NCBI GenBank assembly: GCA_963678065.2
Contig: CAXXVZ010000003.1
Span: forward strand, 2,304,001-2,368,000
Source: Treponemataceae bacterium
GTDB lineage: Bacteria; Spirochaetota; Spirochaetia; Treponematales; Rectinemataceae
DNA length: 64,000 nucleotides
Reading direction: 5' to 3'
Part shown: piece by piece, positions 41,424-51,261 of the stretch
Layout of the letters: every line of letters begins with the position of its first letter
Position numbering within the stretch: the stretch's first letter is position 1
Made by a program: the position numbers and the translations under genes
Notes under the pieces: generated by a model
Database searches by the model: none
The model's input: the letters and a program-made list of their open reading frames with translations, nothing else
What the model was told of the DNA's origin: nothing

Positions 41424-41602
41424 TTTGCACCTGCCTTGCGCTGTACTGACGCGGACACGTCTACGCGCGATATTTCCCCTTGGTGGAAAATCAAGGTAAT
41501 ACCAGCGCTTCCAAATTGAGGGGCGTTTCCTAAAAGCTCTTTCAGGTAAGGGGCGGCAACTTCAAAAAGCTCGGCCGCTCGGGTGCTGTTCGCGGCGGCC
41601 AT
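41420..41602 (-). CDS. Small hypothetical protein
   Basis: GAGGTG RBS; FGSAGITLIFHQGEISRVD pattern. Confidence 0.55.
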   Translation of the reverse strand: MAAANSTRAAELFEVAAPYLKELLGNAPQFGSAGITLIFHQGEISRVDVSASVQRKAGAK

Positions 41603-41603
41603 G

Positions 41604-41786
41604 CTAGCGCACCTCGCCCGCGAGAGCCTGAGCAAGTAGGGAGTCAATCGCACTTACAGGAACAAGACGCCTTCCACCAAGGCGAAGCGAGGGGAGCTTA
41701 CCAGATTCGCACCAGCGATAGGCAGTAATTTCGTGAATTCCAAGGATAGTCGCAACTTCCGCGACTGATAAGAATTTCTTTTCCAT
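41604..41786 (-). CDS. Excisionase-like HTH DNA-binding protein
   Basis: FLSVAEVATILGIH..T.YRW...GKLP..RLGGR.LVP. Confidence 0.85.
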   Translation of the reverse strand: MEKKFLSVAEVATILGIHEITAYRWCESGKLPSLRLGGRRLVPVSAIDSLLAQALAGEVR

Positions 41787-41822
41787 AGCGTTTACCCGTG
41801 CAAGTAGGCTTAGCGCGCCCAT

Positions 41823-41915
41823 AAGAGCGGCTTTCCCCCGGATTAGGCCGGGCCACTTGCAAGCGGATTAGGGCCGCTAGCGCCACCTACCCCGGATTAA
41901 GGCCGGGCCACTTCT
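41823..41915 (-). repeat. Array of three GGCCCGGCCTTAATCCG-like units upstream of the xis/replication operon
   Basis: Same unit types and same 3' tail (GGAAAGC.GCTC.TTA) as 38031-38170. Confidence 0.85.
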
Positions 41916-42123
41916 TAACGATATTATAGTTTTGCTATCATTCTAATTATATTTGCTACCTTTTTAGAATATACTCTCTTTAGTTAATATTAGCAAGTGT
42001 ATATCCCTAAAAATGGAGCTGAGGTAACACGCAAGGTATTCACTCCCGGCCCCTCCGTCCTAACTCACGCCCCGCCGTGGTTTATCACGTGGATACCCTC
42101 CGCCTTATACGCGGGAGGTATAG

Positions 42124-43302
42124 TCATTTCCCGCCCCCGGCCGCCTTCGCAATACTTCCAGACAGCGCGCCATCGAATGCTATACCGGCCGCGCCGATGT
42201 CTATAATCTCAGAATGCGCCGAATAGCGTTGCATCATCGCGCCGGTTCTATGGCCCGCCAAGCGTTGAATGGTAAAATCGTTTAGCCCAGCGACACGCCC
42301 GGCAGTCACGAAAAAGTGACGTAGCCCGTGCATGAGGAGATTCCTTTCTTTGCGTTCGCTTTCATCGATACCGATTTTTTCAAGGATACGCTTGAATCCG
42401 CGTTCGATTGTCTTTTTCTCTATTGGTCGCTCGGGATTCTTTTCACCGAATAGGACATAGCCGGCACCGGCGGGCGCACAAGCCCGGCAGAGCTTAACGG
42501 CTTCAAGAACGGGCGCGGAAAGCGGAACGTCTCGCTTGGAACCGCATTTCGGACTCTTGCATCCTTCGCCATCGATCCAGTTATGAACGATATGAACAAG
42601 CCCGGCCGCTTCGTCAACGTCGGCCCATTGGAGCCCGCGCGCTTCGCCCAACCTGAGCCCGCATAGCCCGCCCAATAATACGGCCGCCTTGGCTCGGGGC
42701 GACTCGCCTTCAAGATTGACGATTCGGCCCATTTCATCGAGCGAGAGTACCCCGCGTTCGCGCGGATGCTCGGCGACTTTCTCAAGGTACTGGAATGGGT
42801 CTAGCGCCCGGTGTTTCCTTGCCCAGGATGAGGCGGGAACCTTTATAGCTTGTAGCATATAGTTAATCGTTCGAGGATTGACGCCGGATTCCGCAAGGTC
42901 GAGGACGATCTTTTCCATGCGCGTTATGCTCAGTTTATGAAAGCGAATATCCTTGAGGGGTTGGCTAAGGTATTTTCTGATTACGGACGCATTATTCGCG
43001 ATATAGGCCCTTGAGAGCGGCCGCCCTTGAAGTTTTCGCATTCGCGCATAGTCGCTATCTTCGCGCCAGAATCCAAGGAAGAAATCCAGGGCTAGAGGAT
43101 CGGCGGACGCGCCGCCCTCTCCTTTGTCCAAGAGGGCCTTCGCCTCCCCTGCGGCGGCGGTTCGATTCGTTGCCTTGAGTGTCTTCGTCCGAACGACTTC
43201 GCCATCGTCGGAAAAGTACCGGGCGCAGTAGCGAATGACCGGCTTCCCGGTAACACGATCCCTTGAATTGCGCTTAAAAACAGAAAACGGAGCGCGCGCC
43301 AT
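42124..43302 (-). CDS. Tyrosine integrase
   Basis: GLRLGE.RGL.W, KSPK, HGLRH, LAGH, RY catalytic residues; next to the tRNA att. Confidence 0.93.
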   Translation of the reverse strand: MARAPFSVFKRNSRDRVTGKPVIRYCARYFSDDGEVVRTKTLKATNRTAAAGEAKALLDKGEGGASADPLALDFFLGFWREDSDYARMRKLQGRPLSRAYIANNASVIRKYLSQPLKDIRFHKLSITRMEKIVLDLAESGVNPRTINYMLQAIKVPASSWARKHRALDPFQYLEKVAEHPRERGVLSLDEMGRIVNLEGESPRAKAAVLLGGLCGLRLGEARGLQWADVDEAAGLVHIVHNWIDGEGCKSPKCGSKRDVPLSAPVLEAVKLCRACAPAGAGYVLFGEKNPERPIEKKTIERGFKRILEKIGIDESERKERNLLMHGLRHFFVTAGRVAGLNDFTIQRLAGHRTGAMMQRYSAHSEIIDIGAAGIAFDGALSGSIAKAAGGGK

Positions 43303-43411
43303 AGAGTCCCCTTTTACCGCGTGTATCAAACACGGTAACTTGAGCTTTGGCGGTCTCCGTTTTCGGTTGACCGAATGTCCTAATTCCTTTCGCTTCTAAC
43401 ACTTAAAACTA

Positions 43412-43485
43412 TGGGCGGTGCAAGAGTCGAACTTGCGACCCCCAGCGTGTCATACTGGTGCTCTAACCAACTGAGCTAACCGCCC
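43412..43485 (-). tRNA. tRNA-Val(GAC)
   Basis: GGGCGGTTAGCTCAGTTGGTTAGAGCACCAGTATGACACGCTGGGGGTCGCAAGTTCGACTCTTGCACCGCCCA. Confidence 0.95.
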
Positions 43486-43700
43486 ATTCACATCACCGCC
43501 AGATTTCCTGACGCGGACACAAAGACTGTATATCAAACTCCGCCTTACCCTGTCAATACTCCCCCGGAATTCCCACCTTGTTCATGCACATCGATAAAAT
43601 GAACGAACCCCGGAGCAGAGTTACTATGTAGAAAGAGTGTCGGTCCTTTGGGCCGGATATAATCCGTAGTGGGAAAACAACCACAAAGGAGGCGACACTC

Positions 43701-44643
43701 ATGACGATTGTATGCGGTATCGACGCGCACGACGGTGATCGTCGGTTACGAGGCCTGCGGGCTTGGGTACACGATCTACGACGAAGCGATGGATGAAGGA
43801 TTTACCTGCTACGTCCTGGCTACGGTCAAAATGGCTAAATCGCCTGAGGACGGAAAGCGAAAGACGGACGAGTATGACGCGCAGAAAATTAGCGAGGTTC
43901 TGCGGGCTCATGAGTTGGCAGGGATGACAGTGCCGACAGTATGGGTACCGAGCAAGGCTCTGCGAGACGATAGAGAATTGATCAGGAGGCGGTTTGATGT
44001 GAAGAGCGACTCGACGCGGATCAAGAACCAGATACATGGCCTCTTAAAACGACAGGTCATCAAGTGTCCTGAAGGGCTCGGGAATCCTTGGACGAAGAGC
44101 TTCATGGCCTGGCTCAAGGCGCTCGAGTTGCCATCGGGAGCACTCGTCCACCTACGAAGCTTGATCCATCAATATGAATCGCTGAATGAGAACATCAAGG
44201 CTTTGGATAAGGCAGCCGAGGCCTTGTCGAAAACAGAACGGTATAGACGGCAGGTCGATGCGGTGACGGAAATACAGGGCGTCGGAACGCTTACCGCTAT
44301 GGTGTATCTCACCGAACTTGGCGATCTAACTCGGTTTCCGAATCGAAGGACGGTCAAGGCATATGTGGGACTCGCGCCAACGAGCCACGAGAGCGGAGAG
44401 ATCAAGGATCGTAAGGGTCATATCATGCGCTCAGGTTCAAGCCGATTGCGCGCGATCTTAAACCAGGCGGTTTGGGCACGACTTGCGCATGATGCTGAAG
44501 AACTCAAATGGTTCGAAGGCTATGTCGCCACTCATTCGGGGGGAAAGCGTAAGGCTGCCGTGGTCTGCATGTCGAGACTCTTACACCTGATCTGGCATCG
44601 AGCCCTCGAGGCTCAGCGCGAATACGAACGGGAGGTCGCCTAG
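43701..44643 (+). pseudogene. IS110 transposase with an N-terminal deletion and frameshift
   Basis: AGGAGG then MTIVCGIDAH, then a frame switch straight to VGYEACGLGY; KTDEYDA, IQGVG, YVGLAP..HESG, G.SRLR. Confidence 0.8.
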
Positions 44644-44881
44644 CGGCTACGAACAGCATACAAGCCAAAAGGAGTAAAGCGAGGGTTTATTAGGGAATGG
44701 TCATCATGGCAGGATACGATCGTCCGGAGCATGGCGTGCAACACCGCCGAAGCAGAGTTTGATCTATCCTAACAGACCAGTACACTGAGCTTTAGGCATG
44801 GCCCAAACGCTCGAATAGCAGATTGTTCCTGATGACCGTTCCTTTTTTTCCTAAATAGGGCTTGACGAACTTCTACATAGC
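44644..44881 (+). ncRNA. Candidate bridge/seek RNA region
   Basis: Contains CCGGAGCA (left target flank), CCGAAGC (reverse complement of right flank) and ATAGCAG (donor end). Confidence 0.6.
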
Positions 44882-45109
44882 AGCTTCGGGGTATGGACCC
44901 GCATGCGAATCGATAAGTAAAACACTTCAGATTAATTTGCTACCATATAAAGAATTTTGAAACATTTATCGGACTAGAGAATTTGATGAATTTTCTCAAA
45001 ATTTCTCGAATTCTCCACAAATTCTCTAATACATCTATTGACGGCCTTCTTCTAATGCATTTAGATTAATACTACAGAACAGTGGTGGATATACCACAAA
45101 GGAGCGTTT

Positions 45110-45643
45110 ATGAGAAAAGTAGGTTTGTTGGTTCTCTTGGTTGCGGCCATCGCTGTCATCCCGGTTGCGGCGACTCCAGTCAAAACAGCATCTGCGACGA
45201 TCAAGCTCTATGGCAGTGTTTATTACAGTGCTATAGTTTACTCTGATTGGGCCGAGACAACTCTCATCGATCTTACCAAAGCAGAGGATGAGTTGAAGGT
45301 TACTGGCATTGGTGTGACCACAAATTTCCCGGGAACGTGGTATCTTTGGATGAAATCTACGAGCGCCCAGGAAGGATCTTTGGTTAAATCTGGTTCGGCA
45401 CCATCTCTGACTACCGCAATTCCTTATACAGTAAGCATCGGTGATGTGACTTACAAGTCTTTGGCGCCGTGGGGTGGTGGTTATGATTCTTCATTTGGAT
45501 ACAAGGTCTTGACCCACACTGGATCAGTCACTGATACGGTTTACAACATGTTCGTCACACATACTTCTGGTTCTGCTGGCAATATTCTGGAAGAAGGAAC
45601 CTACAGAGACAACGTAGTTGTTACTCTTGCGCTCGGCTCCTGA
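45110..45643 (+). CDS. Fimbrial major subunit (Csu/spore-coat-U-like)
   Basis: Signal peptide, beta-rich, IPYTV and G.Y.D.V.VT C-terminal motif; first gene of a chaperone-usher operon. Confidence 0.7.
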   Translation: MRKVGLLVLLVAAIAVIPVAATPVKTASATIKLYGSVYYSAIVYSDWAETTLIDLTKAEDELKVTGIGVTTNFPGTWYLWMKSTSAQEGSLVKSGSAPSLTTAIPYTVSIGDVTYKSLAPWGGGYDSSFGYKVLTHTGSVTDTVYNMFVTHTSGSAGNILEEGTYRDNVVVTLALGS

Positions 45644-45659
45644 GTAACCGTAATTTGTA

Positions 45660-45693
45660 AAAGGCAACCGTGTAATGCGGTTGCCTTTTTTTT
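45660..45693 (+). terminator. Terminator/attenuator after the pilin gene
   Basis: AAGGCAACCG-tgtaatg-CGGTTGCCTT followed by a poly-T run. Confidence 0.8.
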
Positions 45694-45767
45694 ATCAGTC
45701 GCCGGTTCTATTGACTCGCGGGCGGGGATATGTAGAATTTAATAAATGCCTAACCAGGGGGATACCA

Positions 45768-46502
45768 ATGCGCATATCAACAAAATGTCTGTTTTCACTT
45801 TTTTTTATGATAAGTACATCGATGCTTGCGTCCGCATTCTCAATTACCCCGATGAGTATAACGGTGACGCCGACAGCTCCCGGAAATTTGGCAAATTTCA
45901 AAATCGAGAATGAATCGACCGCCCCTATCGCTGTCGTTATCAGGGTGGCAACAAGAACAGTCGATGTGGACGGAAATGAAAAAAATGATCCTGTGACCAA
46001 AGAATTTGTTGTATTCCCCGCAAGAGTGGTCGTCCAACCAAATTCTTCGCAGGCGGTCAAAGTACAATGGAAAGGTCCGGCGACTATTCCCTCCGAGCTC
46101 GCATACAGGCTGGTCGCGGAGCAAGTTCCTGTGGACTTTACCAAAGACCAGACATCTGGGGTCAAGGTCTTGTTCCGGTATCTCGCCACGATGTACGTAG
46201 CGCCGAGCGGTATTGTCGCGCGCACCAAGCTTGAGAGCGTGACGGGATCTATGCGGAACGGGAATCCTGGATTGCTGGTGAGGATCAAAAATGATGGAAC
46301 CCGGCATGGACTTCTTTTCTCGCCCATTCTCAGGATCAAGGCGCCGGGGCAGAACCAGCAGCTTGAATTCGCGGGCAAATTACTGGAATCAATCGAGGGA
46401 ATGAACATACTCGCGCTTTCGACGCGGATTTTTTTCGTGCCTTGGGCCCAGGCCGTCGACGGAACTCAATATGAGGGCACATTCAGTGCCTCGATTGAAT
46501 AA
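45768..46502 (+). CDS. Fimbrial periplasmic chaperone (PapD-like)
   Basis: FSITP, FVVFPAR..V.P...Q.V, E.AYRL..EQVP, IKNDG.RH. Confidence 0.85.
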   Translation: MRISTKCLFSLFFMISTSMLASAFSITPMSITVTPTAPGNLANFKIENESTAPIAVVIRVATRTVDVDGNEKNDPVTKEFVVFPARVVVQPNSSQAVKVQWKGPATIPSELAYRLVAEQVPVDFTKDQTSGVKVLFRYLATMYVAPSGIVARTKLESVTGSMRNGNPGLLVRIKNDGTRHGLLFSPILRIKAPGQNQQLEFAGKLLESIEGMNILALSTRIFFVPWAQAVDGTQYEGTFSASIE

Positions 46503-46509
46503 GAGGTTT

Positions 46510-48957
46510 ATGCCGGCAAGGCTGAATTCTTTCAAAACATTTGTACTTATTCTGGCCTTCTTTGTAGTTTCAGTCTTCTCCGGTTTTTCCGATGAACTCC
46601 TCCAGAAAAAACTGACGGGCGAGATTGATCCTGCCCCCGAAGAACTGGGGCTTGTGACCCTCGTGGTCGACGGGGCGACTGTCGGAGATATCGAGGTTAT
46701 ATTTACAGAGAACAAGTACTTCCTTTCGCTGCAAAAACTCGATTCCATCCTTGTGGATTACATGGCTCCCGGATTCCACAGCGAGGTTTTCCGGACAAAA
46801 CTCAAGGCATATCGGTGGGTCGGAAGCGCAGAATTGAGCGCGGCGGGACTCTCGGTAATGGAAGATTCCAATTCCTTAAGTTTTTTTCTGGTTGTTCCGC
46901 CTTCCAAACGCCCCGTAAACGATATCAGGATTTCTCAGACCACATACAACAGCATCAAACCGATCCTCCTGCCTTCACCATTCTCCGCGATTCTGAACAC
47001 CGAACTGCAGGCCGGCCTGGACTTCTCTGTTTCGGGATCTTATGTCCCGATATCCTGGCTCTTTGACCTTTCCCTGAACATTTCAGACTGGGTACTCGAA
47101 GCAAATGGCCGTGTATCGTTTTATCGGGATCTGACGGCCGCATTGCAAATGCTTCGCTTTGTACGCGACATCGGTCCTCTGGGGGCGCGGCTCTATGGAG
47201 GAATGGTTACTTCCACTTCGTTGGGATATCAGCAATCGTCCAGTCTCTACGGTCTCACACTCGACAGCTACAATTTCGTGCCAGGAAGGCGGCCCGCCAA
47301 CGCGCCTGTTTCCCAGTTTGTGCTTGAAAAAAAATCCATCGTCAGGATTATCCTCAATGGAACTATCCTCCTCACTCTCGACCTCGACCCGGGAACCTAC
47401 GATGTCGGACAATTCGACTTTGCTCCCGGCATCAATGACTTCGTAATAGAGATAGAAACGCCTGGGGAAAAAAAACAACGCATCCATGCGGTCGTCTCGA
47501 GGGAGGACGTGCTTCTCGGAAAAGATATGGTCGAGTTCTCAGCATCTGCGGGGGTCGGAAGAACCAATCTCGGGGAAATATTCGGCTCGACCTTTTACCG
47601 CAGAGGCTTGGCGGATGTCTTAACCGCCGGAGGGGCCATCCAATTCGGAAAATACTCAGGGTTGGCAGGAATTACCGCCGTCTATGCGAGCCCCATCGGA
47701 GCTATCACCCTCAACGCGGCGAACATGCTCGCCTGGGATGGTCGTCTGGCCCAGGCCGCAAACTTGAAGTACAAACTCACATTTCCCGGTCGTTCGAGCG
47801 CGCCATCATTTGGCCTCGATTTCGAGATCCGGACCAAGGATTTCGAGGCTCCACGAATCGGGACCCTTCCAACCTACCCCGAGGGCACTTTCTCAGTCAC
47901 GGCCCAGGCTTCCGGCCGTCTTTCCTCGGATTCTTTTATCGGAATATCAGGAACTTACTCCCGCCAGTACACTGGTACAGTACAGGACACAGTATCGTCC
48001 AGCCTCTCCTTCAGCACGAATCTTCGTCCAGGGTACTCTCTCCTCTTGTCTGGAGGTACCAGTCAAACTTTAGGTGAAGCGCTTACGGCGACAGCCAGCA
48101 TCCGCCTCAGTATCAATCCCCAGGGCGGAAACCAGCTTTTCAACTTTACCCAATCGTTGAACGGAGAAAATTCAGTCAGTATCGCCAATACTGGCGCAGA
48201 GAACGGAATCGTGGCATCCTTCCAAGGAGACAATCTCCTGGGAACTAGCGCCAATCCAGCTAATGTCACAATAAGCGCACGGAAGACTACCGCGCTGGCA
48301 GATTTTGCAGGAAACCTGGATCTCCAGTACGGAAATGCCGAAGTTCTGGGGCTCTCGACTCAGGCAACTCTGTCCGCATCGACCGGTTTCGTATTCGTCA
48401 ACGGAACCTTCGGCATGGCGAGGAGAATCTCTGATTCCTTCATGATTTTCGCCCCGCCGCAGACCCTCAGCCGCGAGAGGATCGATGTCAGGAACGATTC
48501 CGGACAGACCGGCTCCAGCATTGGCGGCTCCGTCGTCGTACTGCCTCTGACCTCCTATCGTTCGGGATTGGTCAGCCTCAACCTGCCCGAGTCAGACCCC
48601 AATATTGTCCTGAAAACAACGACGGCGACCGTGTCGCCGCGATACAAGTCCGGCATTTTCTTTACCACGGACATCGTCCGGAGCCATGCCATTTCGGCCA
48701 CCCTCGTCGACAAGGCAGGAGCCCCTCTCGGCTACATCATGGCGGAGGTTTTCAACGAGATGGGCGAATCTGTCTCGTCGACTTTCACCGACGAGAACGG
48801 CTATTTTGAGTTGTATGACCTGTTGGGCGGCATCTACACCATACGCTGGCCTCTGGACCTGGGGGTCACCTATTTCGAAATTCCGGAGGACTCTCCCAAG
48901 GATCTGACCTTGGGTACGATATCGCCTTCAGTTCCCGGGCAAGAAGGACCGCAATGA
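46510..48957 (+). CDS. Fimbrial outer-membrane usher
   Basis: ~815 aa, beta-rich; L.PG.Y...F...PG.N, YRRGL...LT.G; C-terminal FTDENG.F. Confidence 0.8.
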   Translation: MPARLNSFKTFVLILAFFVVSVFSGFSDELLQKKLTGEIDPAPEELGLVTLVVDGATVGDIEVIFTENKYFLSLQKLDSILVDYMAPGFHSEVFRTKLKAYRWVGSAELSAAGLSVMEDSNSLSFFLVVPPSKRPVNDIRISQTTYNSIKPILLPSPFSAILNTELQAGLDFSVSGSYVPISWLFDLSLNISDWVLEANGRVSFYRDLTAALQMLRFVRDIGPLGARLYGGMVTSTSLGYQQSSSLYGLTLDSYNFVPGRRPANAPVSQFVLEKKSIVRIILNGTILLTLDLDPGTYDVGQFDFAPGINDFVIEIETPGEKKQRIHAVVSREDVLLGKDMVEFSASAGVGRTNLGEIFGSTFYRRGLADVLTAGGAIQFGKYSGLAGITAVYASPIGAITLNAANMLAWDGRLAQAANLKYKLTFPGRSSAPSFGLDFEIRTKDFEAPRIGTLPTYPEGTFSVTAQASGRLSSDSFIGISGTYSRQYTGTVQDTVSSSLSFSTNLRPGYSLLLSGGTSQTLGEALTATASIRLSINPQGGNQLFNFTQSLNGENSVSIANTGAENGIVASFQGDNLLGTSANPANVTISARKTTALADFAGNLDLQYGNAEVLGLSTQATLSASTGFVFVNGTFGMARRISDSFMIFAPPQTLSRERIDVRNDSGQTGSSIGGSVVVLPLTSYRSGLVSLNLPESDPNIVLKTTTATVSPRYKSGIFFTTDIVRSHAISATLVDKAGAPLGYIMAEVFNEMGESVSSTFTDENGYFELYDLLGGIYTIRWPLDLGVTYFEIPEDSPKDLTLGTISPSVPGQEGPQ

Positions 48958-49886
48958 AAAAGAAGTTGCTTGTTATGCTTCTCATCTTCCTCGCTATCCT
49001 CACGGCGCAGGCTCAGACAATATCGTACACATCCCTGACATCGTATATTTCCGGTGATTATGATTTTTATTCCGAAGCGCCGCTTCCGGTTGAGGCGAAG
49101 ATCAGCATAACCGGCATGAAAAGTTCGACCTATCCATACTATCTCACGGTGGAGCCGGCAATCGGCGCCCGATATCTTTCCAGGTTCGGGAGCGGCTACT
49201 ATTTGCCGTATACGGTGTACACGACGCCCTCCGCTCCGCGCAACGAGCTCTACGACTATGCGGGTGCCTCGAGCACTTCGCAGGTGATCACGGGAGAGTT
49301 CTCGAAAGCGGCTTACGGGGGGTCTTCATCAGCCTCGGACTACAATGACATGTATTTCGTCGCGACGCCCGGAACGCTAGTCCCCGCGGGAATTTACTCG
49401 GGCACATTCTCGGTTCGGCTCTACAGGAAGGCGTTCAAGAATGCCACCACGCCGCTGACAAAATCCGTTCAGGTGTACATGAATGTTCCCATTTACACTG
49501 AACTCAGTGTGGTGCCCACGGGCGGGATATTCGACTCCGCGGCAAAATCGGCATCAATGAACTTCGGAGAGATGGTCGAAGGCGCCTCGCTCAGCCTCGA
49601 CGTGCTGGCAAAATCGAACGCCAGCTACTCCATAGCGATCACCTCGACCAAGGGAGGAAAGCTCACGCAGAATCCGGACACGGGCCAGTACGTTCCGTAC
49701 ACGCTAAAATTCGCGGGAGCCGCTCTCGCTTTGAAACAGGGAGTGGCCGTGCCCGCCGTGAGCTATGCCGCCTGGACATCCGGCAACGTCGCGCGGTACA
49801 CGCTGGAAGTCATCATAGGGACTCACGATATTCTGGATCAGGGCTACTATTCGGACAACCTCATGTTCACCATCAGCGGGAACTGA
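48954..49886 (+). CDS. Fimbrial tip/minor subunit (two pilin-like domains)
   Basis: Signal peptide; AGIYSGT and GYYSDNL motifs closing each domain. Confidence 0.7.
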   Translation: MKKKLLVMLLIFLAILTAQAQTISYTSLTSYISGDYDFYSEAPLPVEAKISITGMKSSTYPYYLTVEPAIGARYLSRFGSGYYLPYTVYTTPSAPRNELYDYAGASSTSQVITGEFSKAAYGGSSSASDYNDMYFVATPGTLVPAGIYSGTFSVRLYRKAFKNATTPLTKSVQVYMNVPIYTELSVVPTGGIFDSAAKSASMNFGEMVEGASLSLDVLAKSNASYSIAITSTKGGKLTQNPDTGQYVPYTLKFAGAALALKQGVAVPAVSYAAWTSGNVARYTLEVIIGTHDILDQGYYSDNLMFTISGN

Positions 49887-50324
49887 AACGGCATGTGCGC
49901 GAAGCTTCGTGAGAGCTTCAGCTCGCATCTCTCGGGCAGATCAGCGCGCAAAGAGGGGCTTGAGATCACCGAATGACGTGCGGTCGGGGCACTCCCGGTA
50001 CATTCTGATTCCATTTTACTGGGGCGCTGTCGATGATCACGCTGGGGTTACTGGTTCTTGCGAAGCGGTTCGAGAAGCAGAGAGGCGAACCTGTCGCAGG
50101 TCGCGTAGCAGATGATGCCGTTTTCCGGCCAGGAACAGTGTGGCCGCAGCCTTGTATGGGTCGTCCAGGCAGGCTATCGCCAAGATATCCAACCCTTCCC
50201 TCTTCAGTTCGGCAGTCCTACTGCCTTCCATGTAAGGAACGAGATCTTTGCTCGTCGCTTGTCGGGAGGCACCCTCTGGTCATAGGTCCCCGACAGACGG
50301 GAAAGACAACATTCGCGAAATCGA

Positions 50325-50699
50325 TCATGGCTTCACGAAATTGCATTTCGCGCATGTCGGGTTTGAAGGTTCGTTTTTGTTGTCGCATACTGGGCAAATC
50401 CACTGGCCAGCCGCGTTTACCCATATCTTGCGTGTAATATTGGGCTGTTCCTGAAGTATTTGTTTCTTGACAGACTCTTTGTAAACTATTGGCTTCACTG
50501 CTGGTTGTTCCAGTTCTTCTTCCATTGGTTCAGGCTTCGAAGGCACCATATGTTCGCGGATCACGGTGAGTGTTTTACTGAGTTGGGTGATTCCTCTCTG
50601 GCAACGATAGAGCCAGACGAATGAACAGATACCGAGAATGATTCCAATGCCAGCCGTCACTATAGCAACTACAAACTGTATCGAAGCGATGTTTTCCAT
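50325..50699 (-). CDS. Membrane protein with a RanBP2-type zinc finger
   Basis: N-terminal TM; WICPVCDNKN...CAKC. Confidence 0.6.
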   Translation of the reverse strand: MENIASIQFVVAIVTAGIGIILGICSFVWLYRCQRGITQLSKTLTVIREHMVPSKPEPMEEELEQPAVKPIVYKESVKKQILQEQPNITRKIWVNAAGQWICPVCDNKNEPSNPTCAKCNFVKP

Positions 50700-50769
50700 G
50701 AGTCGATCCTTATGTGCACAGAATAATACTCATTCGAGTTTTGTATGCATGCACTTCAGTCGGTCTTTG

Positions 50770-50994
50770 TCATTTCGTCAGCACTGGTGGATTGCAATTC
50801 TTGCATGGTCCATACCCTCGGCTGACCGCCTCCGAGAGTGTGATCTCAATCTTCGATTTTCTGAGCGAGGAGCAACCATCACGATGGTACTTTTCTCCGG
50901 TCTTCGTTATATAGACGATAGTGCTCCCACAGACTGCAAAGACAAAGCCCGCGACAATAAGCAGCATCAGGATGATGGAGATGCGCTTTTTCAT
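50770..50994 (-). CDS. Small exported protein with an Ada-like metal-binding motif
   Basis: VYITKTGEKYH..GC..L...A...GY.PCK.C.PP. Confidence 0.75.
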   Translation of the reverse strand: MKKRISIILMLLIVAGFVFAVCGSTIVYITKTGEKYHRDGCSSLRKSKIEITLSEAVSRGYGPCKNCNPPVLTK

Positions 50995-51261
50995 GATGAG
51001 CCCTCTATTGGACTACTCAATAATGTTTATCAATATGCAAAAAGAGCGGTCAATTCACTAGAGTGTAAAAACTCGCTGGAAAAACTTATTTCCCAAAATC
51101 TACATAACGAATGTGTAGATGATGGTATAAGAAGGTAAAGACAGGCTCAACCTTGTGCCCTAATTCAGTGCAGACAGATTTCAAATTGGTCGAATTGCTT
51201 CAGAACATAAAACCAGATTGTAGGGTCCCCCGGATCAGGAATCTGTGGTGCGAAAATGGGC

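Larger units (their letters stand above)
36590..43455. mobile_element. Integrated phage-satellite-like element at tRNA-Val with a major capsid gene
   Basis: att repeats, integrase, HTH excisionase, DUF3631-type protein, capsid protein; no portal, large terminase or tail gene. Confidence 0.85.
43621..44881 (+). mobile_element. IS110-family (IS1111-like) insertion sequence
   Basis: Subterminal IRs CTATGTAGAA / TTCTACATAG, AG core at both junctions, long non-coding 3' end. Confidence 0.88.
43598..44910. repeat. Hairpin element copy 2, split by the IS110-family element
   Basis: Left end 43598-43620 and right end 44882-44910 match the ends of 1932-2067. Confidence 0.8.

Noticed and set aside
50270..50330. 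AAA ATPase gene (GPRQTGKTT)
   Set aside because: Only a Walker A fragment survives, with no continuing ORF
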